64,000 bases of DNA. Origin: an uncultured delta proteobacterium. Its GTDB lineage: Bacteria > Desulfobacterota > Binatia > Binatales > Binataceae. The position numbers and the translations under genes are program-made. Numbering within the stretch: the stretch's first letter is position 1; every line of letters begins with the position of its first letter. The notes under the pieces are model-generated. The model did no database searches. It saw only the letters and a program-made list of their open reading frames with translations, and was not told the DNA's origin. Location: positions 608,001-672,000 of the forward strand of contig CAWCDG010000004.1 of NCBI GenBank assembly GCA_963794325.1, read 5' to 3'. Shown one piece after another: positions 27,345 to 37,559 of this stretch.

Positions 27345-29633
27345 TCAATCAGCCGCGGCAGAATGTTTTGTCGAGTCGCGATGCTTCAGCATTTCCTTCA
27401 GCAGCTTCGGCGGCGACATCGGCGTCTCCGTCATCCTGACTCCAACGGCGCGATAGATAGCGTTGGCTACAGCGGCCACCGGCGGCACGATCGACACTTC
27501 ACCGACGCCGCGCACGCCCAGCGGATGGCCGGGGTTTGCTTCCTCGACGACTACCGTTTCGATCATCGGCAAGTCGAGGCAAGTGGGCATGCGGTAGTCG
27601 AGGAATCCGGAGTTACGCAGCGTGCCCTTGTCGTCGTAAAAATATTCTTCGTTGAGCGCCCATCCGAGTCCCTGTGCGGTGCCGCCCTGCATCTGTCCTT
27701 CGACGTAACTCGGATGAATCGCCTTGCCGGCATCCTGCGCGACGGTGCATCGCAGGATTTGCACCTTGCCGGTGTCGGGATCGACCTCGACGTCCACGCA
27801 GGTGGTCGCGAATCCGGGGCCGACGCCACGCGCATTCACGCTCGCGCGACCGGTGATCGGTCCTCCGGTGCGCGGGAAGCGGGGCGCGAGCTGCTTGATC
27901 GACATCGGCGGCACGCCGTTGCCTTTCGCGTGCAGCATGCCGTCGCGGAATTCCACTTCGTCGGGCTTCTTCTCCCAGACCTTTGCGGCGCGCTCGATTA
28001 GCTGGCGCTCGGCGTCCTTGGCGGCTTCGTACACCGCCATCCCAGTTGCAAAGGTGACGCGGCTGCCGCCGGTCACGTCGGTATGGCCGATCGAATCGGT
28101 GTCGGCGGTGATCGGACGCACGTCGGTGACGGCGAGTCCGAGGACTTCAGCGGTGATCATCGCCATCGAGGCGCGCGAGCCGCCGATATCCGGCGAGCCG
28201 GTGACGACGCTGGCGGTTCCGTCGGCGTGGATATTCACCGTCGCAGAGGATTGCATCCCGGCATTGAACCAGAAGCCCGACGCGACGCCGCGGCCGCGGA
28301 ATTTGCCGGTCAGTTTCGATTTGTAATGAGGGCTGTTCTTGATTCCTTCGAGCGTCTGAATCAACCCGATGCGTTTGAACGGAGGACCGACGACCTGCGC
28401 GTCGCCTTCCTTGACGGCGTTCTTGAGACGGAAATCGATCGGATCGATTCCGCATTTCACGGCAAGCTCATCGATCACGGTTTCGGAGGCGAACGCGGCG
28501 TTGGTTGCGCCCGGTGCGCGATAGGCCGCGGTTTTGGGACGGTTGACGACGACGTCGTACGCGTCGATCAGGAAATTCTCGACAGTATATGGAGCAATGA
28601 TGCACATCGCGCCCGCGCCGACCGGCGATCCGGGAAACGCGCCCGCCTCGTACGCCATCCAGATTTCGGCGGCGACGATTTTGCCGTCCTTGGTCGCGCC
28701 CATCTTAACTTTGATCTTCGAGCCCGAGGTCGGGCCGCTGGCGCGGAGCACTTCCGATCGCGACATGACGAGCTTGACCGGCGCGCCGGTTTTCTTTGAC
28801 AGCAGGACAGAGAGCGGCTCGAGGTAGATGGTGGTCTTGCCGCCGAAGCCGCCGCCGATTTCAGCCGGCACGACTTTGATATGGCCGACCGGCATCCCGA
28901 GCACTTGCGCGCTGAGCGAGCGCACGTCGAAGGCGCCCTGCGTCGAGCAGTAAATCGTCGCCTGTCCGTCGGAGTTGTAGATGCCGACCGCGTTGTGCGG
29001 CTCGATATATCCCTGGTGGACCATCGCGGTGTTGAATTCGCGCTCGATCACGTAGTCGGCAGCCTTGAATCCCGCCTCGAGGTCACCGCGCTTGAACTGG
29101 TAATGCTGCGCGACGTTGGTCTGCTTGTCGCCCTCCTCCTTGTTGCGCAGATCCTTCAGCAGAATCGGCGCGCCCGGCCTGGTCGCGACGTCAACGGTCA
29201 TCACGGGCGGCAGCACCTCGTATTCGACTTCGATAAGGCGCAGCGCTTCTTCGGCGATATGCGGGCTGGTCGCGGCGACGGCTGCGATTGCATGGCCGTC
29301 GTAGAGGACCTTGTCGTGTGCGAGGATGTTCATCGAGAGATACATCGGGTTGATAACCATCTCGCCGGACTGCTCGAGCTTGTTCTCGGCCTTCGGCAGG
29401 TCCTTGCCGGTGACGATCGCCTTGACGCCGGGGAGCTTGAGCGCCTTGTCGATTTTGATCGATTTGATATTCGCGTGAGCGTGCGGGCTGCGCAGCACCT
29501 TGCCGTGCAGCATGCCGGGGAACGCGTAATCGGCGCCGTACTTGGCGCGGCCGGTCACTTTGTCGACGCCGTCGTGCCGGATCGGACGCGTGCCGATAAC
29601 TTTGAAATTGCCAGTCGTGGTTGATGCCGCCAT
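27345..29633 (-). CDS. Xanthine dehydrogenase-family molybdopterin-binding subunit
   Basis: KVTGRAKY, GGGFGGK, AYRAPG, EGQMQGG, GVGE. Confidence 0.95.
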   Translation of the reverse strand: MAASTTTGNFKVIGTRPIRHDGVDKVTGRAKYGADYAFPGMLHGKVLRSPHAHANIKSIKIDKALKLPGVKAIVTGKDLPKAENKLEQSGEMVINPMYLSMNILAHDKVLYDGHAIAAVAATSPHIAEEALRLIEVEYEVLPPVMTVDVATRPGAPILLKDLRNKEEGDKQTNVAQHYQFKRGDLEAGFKAADYVIEREFNTAMVHQGYIEPHNAVGIYNSDGQATIYCSTQGAFDVRSLSAQVLGMPVGHIKVVPAEIGGGFGGKTTIYLEPLSVLLSKKTGAPVKLVMSRSEVLRASGPTSGSKIKVKMGATKDGKIVAAEIWMAYEAGAFPGSPVGAGAMCIIAPYTVENFLIDAYDVVVNRPKTAAYRAPGATNAAFASETVIDELAVKCGIDPIDFRLKNAVKEGDAQVVGPPFKRIGLIQTLEGIKNSPHYKSKLTGKFRGRGVASGFWFNAGMQSSATVNIHADGTASVVTGSPDIGGSRASMAMITAEVLGLAVTDVRPITADTDSIGHTDVTGGSRVTFATGMAVYEAAKDAERQLIERAAKVWEKKPDEVEFRDGMLHAKGNGVPPMSIKQLAPRFPRTGGPITGRASVNARGVGPGFATTCVDVEVDPDTGKVQILRCTVAQDAGKAIHPSYVEGQMQGGTAQGLGWALNEEYFYDDKGTLRNSGFLDYRMPTCLDLPMIETVVVEEANPGHPLGVRGVGEVSIVPPVAAVANAIYRAVGVRMTETPMSPPKLLKEMLKHRDSTKHSAAAD

Positions 29634-29676
29634 GTCTTATTTCACCTCTCGAATCCCAGCGTCGTTGCTGTGCTCT

Positions 29677-30177
29677 CTAACGGGCGGCCGCTTTGCCTTC
29701 GCCCTGCGAGCGAATGTCCGCGGCGGCGTCGAGGACCGCTTTCACAATTTTGTCGTAGCCGGTGCATCGGCAAAGATTGCCGGCCAGCGCGTAGCGAACT
29801 TCGGGCTCGGTCGGCTTCGGATTTCGATCGAGCAGCGACTTGGCCGAGATCAAAAATCCGGGAGTGCAGATGCCGCATTGCAGGCTGGCATGCTCGAGAA
29901 ACTTGTTTTGCAAAACGCTGAGCACGCCCTGCGTGGCGAGTCCCTCGACGGTAACGATTTTTTTGCCCTGCGCCTCGACGCCAAGCATCAGGCACGAGTC
30001 GATCGCGCGCCCATCGACCATCACGGTGCATGCGCCGCAATCGCCAGTGAGGCATCCTTCCTTCGAGCCGGTGAGTTCGAGCACGTCGCGCAGGGTTTCG
30101 AGCAGGCTTTGTCGCGGCTCGCACAGGAACTCGACCGTTTCGCCGTTGATTGTCGCTTCTACCAAGGTCTTTTTCAT
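29677..30177 (-). CDS. (2Fe-2S)-binding small subunit (CoxS-like)
   Basis: GC..GDCGAC, QCGICTPG, NLCRCTGY. Confidence 0.95.
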   Translation of the reverse strand: MKKTLVEATINGETVEFLCEPRQSLLETLRDVLELTGSKEGCLTGDCGACTVMVDGRAIDSCLMLGVEAQGKKIVTVEGLATQGVLSVLQNKFLEHASLQCGICTPGFLISAKSLLDRNPKPTEPEVRYALAGNLCRCTGYDKIVKAVLDAAADIRSQGEGKAAAR

Positions 30178-30200
30178 ATCTTTATGCCGTAATGTTTGAT

Positions 30201-31071
30201 TCAGCTTTTTTTCGCGCGTTCGGCGGCGATGACCAGCGCACGGCGGGTGAGCACGCCGGCCACGTGGACCCGAAAATCGATCGTCCCGCGCATGTCGTCG
30301 ATTGGCTTGCAGATCTCGCTCACCGCGCGTCCCGCAGCTTCGAGCGCCGCGTCGTCGAGTTTCTTGCCGACCAGCCCCTCGGCAGCCTTGCTCTCGAGCA
30401 GCGGCGTCGCCGCAACCGCGCCGAGCCCGATACGCGCCGCCTTCACTTTGTCGCCGTCGAGCGTGACCGACACGCCGACGCCGACCACTGCGATATCCAT
30501 CTCGTTGCGCGGGATAAATCGCAGATACGCGTCGCTCGAATGGGGCGCGGGGGCGGGAACTATCAATTCGACCAGCAACTCGCCGGGCTTCAGCACCGTG
30601 CGTCCAGGGGACACGACGAACGACTCGACCGGAACCTCTCGTTCACCAGCCGGGCCGACGATTCGGGCGCGCGCACCGAGCGCGATCAACGCGGGCGTCG
30701 TGTCGGCGGCGGGCGACCCGTTGCATAGATTGCCGCCGACCGAGGCGCGATTCTGAATCTGGAGCGATCCGATGAGATGCGCCGCCTCGGTCAGGCCTGG
30801 GTAATGACGGCGCATCACGTCGCTCTGCGCTAATCTCGATGCAGGGGACGGCCGCGCCGAGGCGCAATCCCTTTTTCGCATCGAAGGAGAGCGTCTGCAG
30901 CTCCTTGATTTTCTTGACGTCGACCAGATGTTCGGTGCGGCGAACTCCGGCGCGAAGCTGAATCAGGATGTCGGTGCCGCCGCATAGCGGGCGGGCATTC
31001 TCGCCGTGGGCTTTGAGGATGCTGACGGCCTGATCGAGCGTGCTAGGGGCTTCGTAATTAATGGCGTGCAA
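30201..31071 (-). CDS. FAD-binding medium subunit (CoxM-like), +1 frameshift near 30831
   Basis: GGTD in the first ORF and QIQNRASVGGNLCNGSPAAD in the second; removing one base joins them. Confidence 0.9.
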
Positions 31072-31167
31072 GTGTGGAAACCTCCGGTCGGGTCAAGATT
31101 ATACCCGCCTTTATTCCTTGGATAGCCTACTTGCCGCGCGCTGAAAAGGGGACGCAGATAGCGGGGG

Positions 31168-31476
31168 TCATGCCGCGCGCTTGCGCGGACGAACCTCGCG
31201 CTCGATTTTGGCCGCGAGTACATCTTTGGCTTTTTCGAGTTCGTAGTCGCTCTGCAGTCCGAGCCAGAATTCCGCTGATGTACCGAGATAGCGGGAGAGG
31301 CGAAGTGCGGTGTCCGCCGAGATGGCGCGCTCACCCTTGACGATTTCCGCAATCCGGTTGGCCGGCACGCGCAGGTCCATCGCAAGCCGATGGATGCTGA
31401 TACCGGTCGGGCGAATAAAGTCTTCGTGCAGTACCGCTCCGGGGTGAAGCGGTGGAAATTTCTTTCTGCGGGCCAT
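31168..31476 (-). CDS. higA: HigA-family antitoxin (no adjacent toxin)
   Basis: P.HPG..L.EDF, RI.EI..G.R.ISADTALRL, FWLGLQ..Y.L. Confidence 0.9.
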   Translation of the reverse strand: MARRKKFPPLHPGAVLHEDFIRPTGISIHRLAMDLRVPANRIAEIVKGERAISADTALRLSRYLGTSAEFWLGLQSDYELEKAKDVLAAKIEREVRPRKRAA

Positions 31477-31502
31477 ATCTGCGTGCCTTAACGCGCTTCG
31501 CG

Positions 31503-31727
31503 CGAGATCCTTCGCTCCGCTCAGGATGACACAAAAACAAGACGAAGGATTGAGATACGCAAGTCGCTCTCAGAAGGAATTCGTGTCATCTGAGCGGAGC
31601 CGCCTTGTGTCATTCTGAGCGCAGCGAAGAATCCCGGATCTTTCTGGATGGCCGCCGATGCACCCCAACCACGGTACATGCGAGGCGCCTGGTGGGTGAT
31701 TCCGGGATTCTTCGCTGCGCTCAGAGT
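31503..31727. repeat. Cluster of REP-like elements, family D (BIME-like)
   Basis: Alternately oriented GTCAT(C/T)CTGAGCG(G/C)AGCGAAG(G/A)ATC-type units at about 31503, 31585-31635 and 31704. Confidence 0.75.
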
Positions 31728-31790
31728 TTGTGAGTGAGGAGGTGAAGCGCGGGGTCTGAAACCTCGCTCTTCGCCTTTGGAATTTTGGAG

Positions 31791-31829
31791 GGGGAGGTGG
31801 CGATGCGCATCGCGCATCGCCACCTCCTT
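31791..31829 (-). terminator. Strong hairpin after the DUF1329 gene
   Basis: ggaggtggcgatgcg-catcg-cgcatcgccacctcc inverted repeat. Confidence 0.55.
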
Positions 31830-31834
31830 GGGGA

Positions 31835-33169
31835 TTAGTGGCCGGACTGGACCATCTTCTCGGGGGTGAAGAAGTTGCGGTCCACGGCGCCCATGTTGAC
31901 GAACAAGCTGTCGGTATGACTTGCCGGGCCCGGTGAATAGACCACGGTCGAAAAGCCGCTGGTTATATCTTCATCAACCAGCGCGGTTTCGAACATGCGT
32001 TTGAAGGGCCAGATTGCGACAGTGGAGTTAAGAAGAGCCCGGTCGCGATATGCATGGAAAGTCGCGATGGTTTTCCAGAGCTGTCCGTTGTTGTCGAATT
32101 GGTCCGACGCTGTGATGAACCATCCTTCGGAATCGACGTAGAGAATGCGCTTGGGGACGATCGTGCTACCGCCAATCGGAGAGCGAGGCTTCGCGGTCGC
32201 TTCGATAACGTAGAGATTGCGCATTTCCCAATTCTCGGGACAGACGGTGCGGCCGCCGTCGCTGGCGCATGCCTCCGCGGGAGAGTTCGCCGCTTCCACC
32301 GATGCGAGCATCGGGCGCTCGCCGAGCAGACGGTAGCTGTAATCTTCGATTTTGGCGGAGAAGCCAAACGCGGAATCGGGATCCCAAGTCGAGGCGTAGG
32401 TCGTGGCTCCGCCCGCACCTCCGCCCTGAGTTCCCGGTGAGCCGTCAGAGGACACTCCGAAGGAATCCGATAGTTCCGTTATCGGCAGACGCCTCAGGCG
32501 TCGGGTCTCGGAACTATACTCCCACACCGCGTCCTCAACCCCTGGACGAGCGGAGCGCTCGTTGACGATTCCCGCGCCGCGCATCTCGGAGGGCTCGAGG
32601 ATCGGAAAAGCTCCGAAGCGCGAGGCGATGCCAGTCTTCATAACGTCGGGGTCCATCGGCATCGGGGCGACTTCGGTACGGCCGACAGAGTTGTAGAAGC
32701 CAAGATGGCCGAAGGTAAAATGTTCGACCTCATTTGCGGAGCCTGCGCGATGACTGACAGCTTCGACGCCGCGCGAATCCAGGTCGTCGGTGTGCAGCGG
32801 CCGGAACTGGAAGTTCCACATGATCTTGGTGGCAGCATCGGGATCGTTGGCATCGACCAGCGGAAACGGCAGGCCGGCGACGTAGCCCTTCAGCTCGCCG
32901 TCGGAGCCGAGTGAGACCTGGGGCGAGTAGCGTTCGGTGGCCTCCTTGTAGGGCGGCGGCCAGTCAAGGTGACTCGTCGGGACGATTTTCATCGTCATGC
33001 CTTGCTTGACGAGGATGAAGTTCCCAGGACTGACCAGTGACTCGACCTTCGAGGCGTTGTCGGGAGTGATAACGTCTCCGGGTTTCACTTGGGCGCTCGC
33101 AGTGGCCGCGGAAATCACAGCAATTGCAAATGCGAGTGCGGCGATTGTTGAGAACCGATTGAAAGTCAT
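31835..33169 (-). CDS. DUF1329-family exported protein
   Basis: Signal peptide, G..IT..N, GLPFP, KIMWN, RRLRR, D..GQLWK. Confidence 0.85.
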   Translation of the reverse strand: MTFNRFSTIAALAFAIAVISAATASAQVKPGDVITPDNASKVESLVSPGNFILVKQGMTMKIVPTSHLDWPPPYKEATERYSPQVSLGSDGELKGYVAGLPFPLVDANDPDAATKIMWNFQFRPLHTDDLDSRGVEAVSHRAGSANEVEHFTFGHLGFYNSVGRTEVAPMPMDPDVMKTGIASRFGAFPILEPSEMRGAGIVNERSARPGVEDAVWEYSSETRRLRRLPITELSDSFGVSSDGSPGTQGGGAGGATTYASTWDPDSAFGFSAKIEDYSYRLLGERPMLASVEAANSPAEACASDGGRTVCPENWEMRNLYVIEATAKPRSPIGGSTIVPKRILYVDSEGWFITASDQFDNNGQLWKTIATFHAYRDRALLNSTVAIWPFKRMFETALVDEDITSGFSTVVYSPGPASHTDSLFVNMGAVDRNFFTPEKMVQSGH

Positions 33170-33340
33170 AGCGGTGTTCCTCACTAAAAGATCAAAATTC
33201 TTCACCTCGGTGCGCGGGCGTTGCTCTGCCGGCCGTGACCGATGACGTCATTTGATGCGTGAAAAGTGGACGCACAAAGTGCGACCTTTCTGGGGAGAGA
33301 CCGTGATTCAATTAGTCTGCGGATTGGCGAGGAAAAATCA

Positions 33341-33410
33341 GGAACCTAACCCCTAACCCCTTCCCATAGTGGGAAGGGGAACCGGATCGTGAAGCGCGGG
33401 GAGGGGAAAC
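33341..33410. repeat. REP-like palindrome, family A
   Basis: cctaacccctaaccccttccc-N-gggaaggggaaccgga. Confidence 0.8.
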
Positions 33411-33425
33411 TCCAGATATGAAGGA

Positions 33426-34523
33426 TTAGGGCTTGAAGCCGAGGCGTGACGCTACTTGGGCGGCGGCGAGTGCCAGGGCTGGGGCCATCGGACCCATCAA
33501 TGCGAAGCGGGGATCTGTGGTTTGGCCGCGGACGTAGCGGACGTAGATTTGCTCGACGACCGTCGCGGTTTTCCAGTGCGCCCACGCCCAGTAGTAGGGC
33601 ATCGCGCTTACGTCGCGGCCGGTGCGGGTCGAATAACGATGCAGTAGTTCGTCGCGAGTCAGGAAGCCGGGCCGCAGCGTGTGTGCTTCGCCTTGCGAAG
33701 TCCCGAGAAGTTCCGGCGGATCGTTCTTGTCGCGCCAGTAGTTCATCACGATGCCGAGATCGACCAGCGGATCGCCGATGGTCGACATTTCCCAATCGAA
33801 GACGCCGACTATCTCGCCGTGATTCACCGCGCCGACCATGATGTTGTGCAGGTAGAAATCGTTATGCACGAGCACCGGCGGCGGCGACGCGGGCATGTTG
33901 TCGAGAAACCATGCGCCGAGTTTTTCCATCAGCGGCACTTCGCGGGTCTTCGCTTTTTCCCATCGGCCCATCCAGCCGGTGATCTGACGCTTTAGGAATC
34001 CGTCGGGCTTGCCGAGTGTTTCGAGTCCAATCGACTTGTAATCGACGCCGTGCAGGTCGGCGAGGGTGTCGATGAAGCCCTGCGACATCGCGCGGAAGCT
34101 TAAGGGATCGTCGCCGAACTCGGCGGGCAGCGGCTGGCGGTTCTTGATGACGATGCCGGTGCGGCGCTCCATCACGAAGAAAGGCGCGCCGACGATCGAC
34201 ACGTCGTCGCTGAAGAGCATCCCGCGCGGCGCCGGCTTGAAGACTTCCCACAGGCGCGAGAGCACCTTGTACTCGCGGCCCATGTCGTGGCCGCCGACGG
34301 GCAGCGGGCCGAACGGCGGCCGCCGCATCACCCACTCTGTTTCGCCAAAGCGCAGCAGGTAAGTGAGATTCGAGGAGCCGCCGCGAAACTGCTTGACGGT
34401 CATCGGCGCGTCGGCGCCGGGCAATTGCTTCTCGCGCAGGTACGCGGCGAGCTTGCTCCAGTCGAGCTGCTCCTCGTCGCGAACGTCGCCAAATTCGACG
34501 GTGAGATCGATAGCTTCAGTCAT
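33426..34523 (-). CDS. APH-family phosphotransferase (ACAD10/11-associated type)
   Basis: GG.SNLTY, RRPP, HDM.REY, HNDF..HN, DWE..T.GDPL.DLG. Confidence 0.92.
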   Translation of the reverse strand: MTEAIDLTVEFGDVRDEEQLDWSKLAAYLREKQLPGADAPMTVKQFRGGSSNLTYLLRFGETEWVMRRPPFGPLPVGGHDMGREYKVLSRLWEVFKPAPRGMLFSDDVSIVGAPFFVMERRTGIVIKNRQPLPAEFGDDPLSFRAMSQGFIDTLADLHGVDYKSIGLETLGKPDGFLKRQITGWMGRWEKAKTREVPLMEKLGAWFLDNMPASPPPVLVHNDFYLHNIMVGAVNHGEIVGVFDWEMSTIGDPLVDLGIVMNYWRDKNDPPELLGTSQGEAHTLRPGFLTRDELLHRYSTRTGRDVSAMPYYWAWAHWKTATVVEQIYVRYVRGQTTDPRFALMGPMAPALALAAAQVASRLGFKP

Positions 34524-34537
34524 GCTGGGACCAAGCC

Positions 34538-34583
34538 AACCTAACCCCTAACCCCTTTTTTCACTCCTCGCGGGAAAGGGAAC
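34538..34583. repeat. Degenerate family A REP-like element
   Basis: aacctaacccctaacccctt...gggaaagggaac. Confidence 0.6.
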
Positions 34584-34630
34584 AATCGCGTTTAACCGCG
34601 TCAATGATTTGCGACTCAACCGCCTCGGGG

Positions 34631-35821
34631 TCATTTGTACTTACGCAGTTCGCGGCGCGCGATCGTCATGCGATGCACTTCGTCGGGTCCGTCGGCGATT
34701 CGGAGCGCACGGCTGTCGCGCCACATCCGGGCGAGCGGGAAGTCGTCGCTGACGCCGGCCGCGCCGAACACCTGGATCGCGCGATCGAGCACGACCATCA
34801 CCATGTTCGCGCACATCACCTTGATCATCGCGATCTCGTTGCGCGAGTCGCGCTTGCCCACGGTGTCCATCTTCCACGCCGCGTGCATGACCATCAGGCG
34901 GCACGAGTCGATCTCGATTCGCGAGTTGGCGATCCACTCCTGGATGTTCGACTTGTCGGCGAGAAAACTGCCGTGCGTGAAGCGGGTGCTCGCCCGCTTG
35001 CACATCAACTCGAGCGCGCGTTCCGCGATGCCGATTGTCCGCATGCAATGATGGATGCGTCCGGGACCGAGGCGTGCCTGCGAGATTGCGAAGCCGCCGC
35101 CCTCCTCGCCGAGCAAATTTGTGACCGGCACGCGGCAGTCCTTGTAGATAATTTCGCAATGCCCGCCGCCGCCGGTATGGCCCATCACGGGCACCGGACG
35201 AATCAGGTTGAATCCCGGAGTGTCGGTCGGGACGATTATCTGGCTCGCGCGGCGATGCGGTTCCGCGTCGGGGTCCGTCACGACCATCGCGATGGCGAAG
35301 GCCGAGCCGATCGCATTCGAGGTGAACCACTTGTGGCCGTTGATGACGTAGTTGTCGCCGTCCCGAACGGCGCGGGTCTTGAGCTGCGTCGGATCCGAGC
35401 CCGGAGTGTCAGGCTCGGTCATCGAGAAGCAGGTGCGAATCTCACCGTCGAGGCATTTTTGCAACCACTGCTTTTTCTGATCGGGCGTGCCGAACTCGGC
35501 GAGGATTTCCATGTTGCCGGTATCAGGCGCCATGCAGTTGAACGCGCGCGCGCCAATCGGGCTGCGGCCCATCAGCTCGCACAGCGGCGCGTATTCGTAA
35601 TTCTTGAGACCGGCGCCAAATTTTTCGTCGGGCAGAAAGAGATTCCAGAGGCCCTCGGCCTTGGCTTTCTTGCGGACGTCTTTGAGCGATTGCGGTTCGG
35701 TATTGCCGCTCTCGCCCATCGCGCGCTGAACTTCCTTCTCGATGGGGAAGACGTACTGATCCATGAAGTCGGAGACGCGCTTGCGCAATTGTTCAGTCTT
35801 GGGGGTCAGCGAAAAGTCCAT
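34631..35821 (-). CDS. Acyl-CoA dehydrogenase
   Basis: APDTGNME, FSMTEP, NGHKWF, RLGPGRIHHCMR, RIADGPDEVH. Confidence 0.96.
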   Translation of the reverse strand: MDFSLTPKTEQLRKRVSDFMDQYVFPIEKEVQRAMGESGNTEPQSLKDVRKKAKAEGLWNLFLPDEKFGAGLKNYEYAPLCELMGRSPIGARAFNCMAPDTGNMEILAEFGTPDQKKQWLQKCLDGEIRTCFSMTEPDTPGSDPTQLKTRAVRDGDNYVINGHKWFTSNAIGSAFAIAMVVTDPDAEPHRRASQIIVPTDTPGFNLIRPVPVMGHTGGGGHCEIIYKDCRVPVTNLLGEEGGGFAISQARLGPGRIHHCMRTIGIAERALELMCKRASTRFTHGSFLADKSNIQEWIANSRIEIDSCRLMVMHAAWKMDTVGKRDSRNEIAMIKVMCANMVMVVLDRAIQVFGAAGVSDDFPLARMWRDSRALRIADGPDEVHRMTIARRELRKYK

Positions 35822-35991
35822 TTCGATCCTCGCGAGGTCCTGATGATTTGTATCGCAACAGGTAACCCAGATTGGGGGGAAATGAAAGGCGACGGACCTC
35901 GCGTCAGTGATGCACCAAGAACCCTCACCTCCCGGCGGCTACGCCCGCCGACTGCCTCTCCCGTGAAAGTAACGGGCGAAGGATCAGAAAA

Positions 35992-36735
35992 TCAGGCGGT
36001 GGGTTTGCGCATTACGTAGAAGACGTAGCCGTAGGAATCGGAATAGGCGCGGAACAGATCGTGCTCGCGGCTGGCTTCGTCGAGCATGGCGAGCGCACTG
36101 GGATCGTCGGCGTATTTTTCTCGCAGCTCTTCGACCCGGCGCTCGGCGGGATCGTAGTAGTTGTTCCACCAGTCCTGCACCTGCAACACGAAGCCGTCCA
36201 TGCTCACGTATCCGGCTTCGGCGACGAGCTGGCAGTTGCGCTCGATCGAGCCCATGCCGGGGTAGCTTCGCGCCCAGTATTCGGCGGCTTCGGCCGGTGG
36301 ATTCGGCACCAGCCACGTGAGCTCGGATACCACGACCCATCCTCCGGGCTTCAGGAAGCGACGCCATGCGGTCAGACCGGCGGCGAATCCTTGTATATAG
36401 ATGGCGCCTTCGGACCAGATCAGATCGAATGATCTGTCGGCGAAGTCCATGTCGAACATCGAGGTGTTGATCGTCGTCACGTGCGGCAGAACACCCGCCG
36501 CGCTGGCACGCTCAGTCAGCTCGTCGAGGAATCGCTGGCGGATATCGACGGCGACCAGCCATCCGTTGCTCGCGCGGGCGAGATCGATAGTTTGCGCGCC
36601 GGGACCGCATCCGACATCGAGGATTCGCGGCGCCGTTGGCAGCCCGCGGACCAGGCCTAGCGCGCGCAAGGTTGCCGCCGCGGAGCCGGGAGCTTGTCGC
36701 GGGAGGCCTTCTGTCAATTCGCGGAAAATACTCAT
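35992..36735 (-). CDS. Class I SAM-dependent methyltransferase (B)
   Basis: LPRQAPG, LDVGCGPG, DLIWSEGA. Confidence 0.92.
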   Translation of the reverse strand: MSIFRELTEGLPRQAPGSAAATLRALGLVRGLPTAPRILDVGCGPGAQTIDLARASNGWLVAVDIRQRFLDELTERASAAGVLPHVTTINTSMFDMDFADRSFDLIWSEGAIYIQGFAAGLTAWRRFLKPGGWVVVSELTWLVPNPPAEAAEYWARSYPGMGSIERNCQLVAEAGYVSMDGFVLQVQDWWNNYYDPAERRVEELREKYADDPSALAMLDEASREHDLFRAYSDSYGYVFYVMRKPTA

Positions 36736-36808
36736 CTGCCTCCGCGATACTGCCGATAGACGCGAGGGAACTCAAACGCATCGCGGGCACGGCGGCCCGC
36801 GCCACTTG

Positions 36809-37026
36809 TCAGGCGCGCGGCTTGTCGGCGGCAAAGCGGAGGCGAACGTAGTCGGCAAACCACTTGCCGTCGGCGTCGCAGAGCTTGGGGCGCAATGCTT
36901 CGCGAACCTCGTCTAGAAAACCGGCGCGTCGCAGAGCCCGCCATATCCCGGCGATAACGTCATCAACCGGCTTCATCCGGTGGATAGCGACGTTGCTGAA
37001 GACGGCATCGAACTCGGCGTCGAAAC
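36809..37026 (-). pseudogene. Internally deleted remnant of a second copy of methyltransferase A
   Basis: 36809-36928 matches 38089-38208; 36931-37026 matches about 38490-38586 (FDAVFSN region). Confidence 0.8.
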
Positions 37027-37068
37027 CTAAGCTCCCGCCCTGCCGACGCCCCCTTGCCCGCAGTTGAA

Positions 37069-37488
37069 TTACCCTTTCTTAGGTGCCGGCAAGAACGCGG
37101 CTGGCGAGACGTGAAAACGCTCCGCAAGTTTTTCGATCTGGCGGACATTGAGCTCACGCTTTCCGCGCAGCACTTCAGAGACCACGCCCTGGCTACCGAT
37201 TTCGCGCAAATCAGATTGTGAGAGGCCGTGCTGCTCCATCAGGAACTTGAGCATCTCGACTCCAGAAGTATCCGGGATCGGATGGTGCTCCGCATCGTAA
37301 GCTTCGATCAGAACGCTGAGCGTTTCGATGAAGCGGTAGCGTGGGTCGCGCGGATTGTCGCCAATTTCATCCACCAGTGCATTGAGCTGGGCAACGGCAG
37401 TGTCGTATTCGCGGGTGCCATGGATAGCGAGTAGCGGCGCGAAGACGTCCGGGTTCTTGAGGGTTCGAGTGATAGTGCGACTTTTCAT
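37069..37488 (-). CDS. higA: HigA-type HTH antitoxin
   Basis: L..LIEAYD, LMEQHGLSQSDL.EIGSQGVVSEVL.GKREL. Confidence 0.9.
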   Translation of the reverse strand: MKSRTITRTLKNPDVFAPLLAIHGTREYDTAVAQLNALVDEIGDNPRDPRYRFIETLSVLIEAYDAEHHPIPDTSGVEMLKFLMEQHGLSQSDLREIGSQGVVSEVLRGKRELNVRQIEKLAERFHVSPAAFLPAPKKG

Positions 37489-37559
37489 TTATTATCTTGA
37501 TTAGTTAAATATTAAATTTAAATCATCTAAAGTTAAAAATTATTGATTTTTTTATGACG

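Noticed and set aside
27345-29633. Aerobic CO dehydrogenase CoxL
   Set aside because: The active-site loop is AYRAPG rather than AYRCSFR, and no coxDEFG genes are present.
31503-31727. CRISPR array
   Set aside because: Units are few, inverted relative to each other and irregularly spaced, and no cas genes are present; they look like REP elements.
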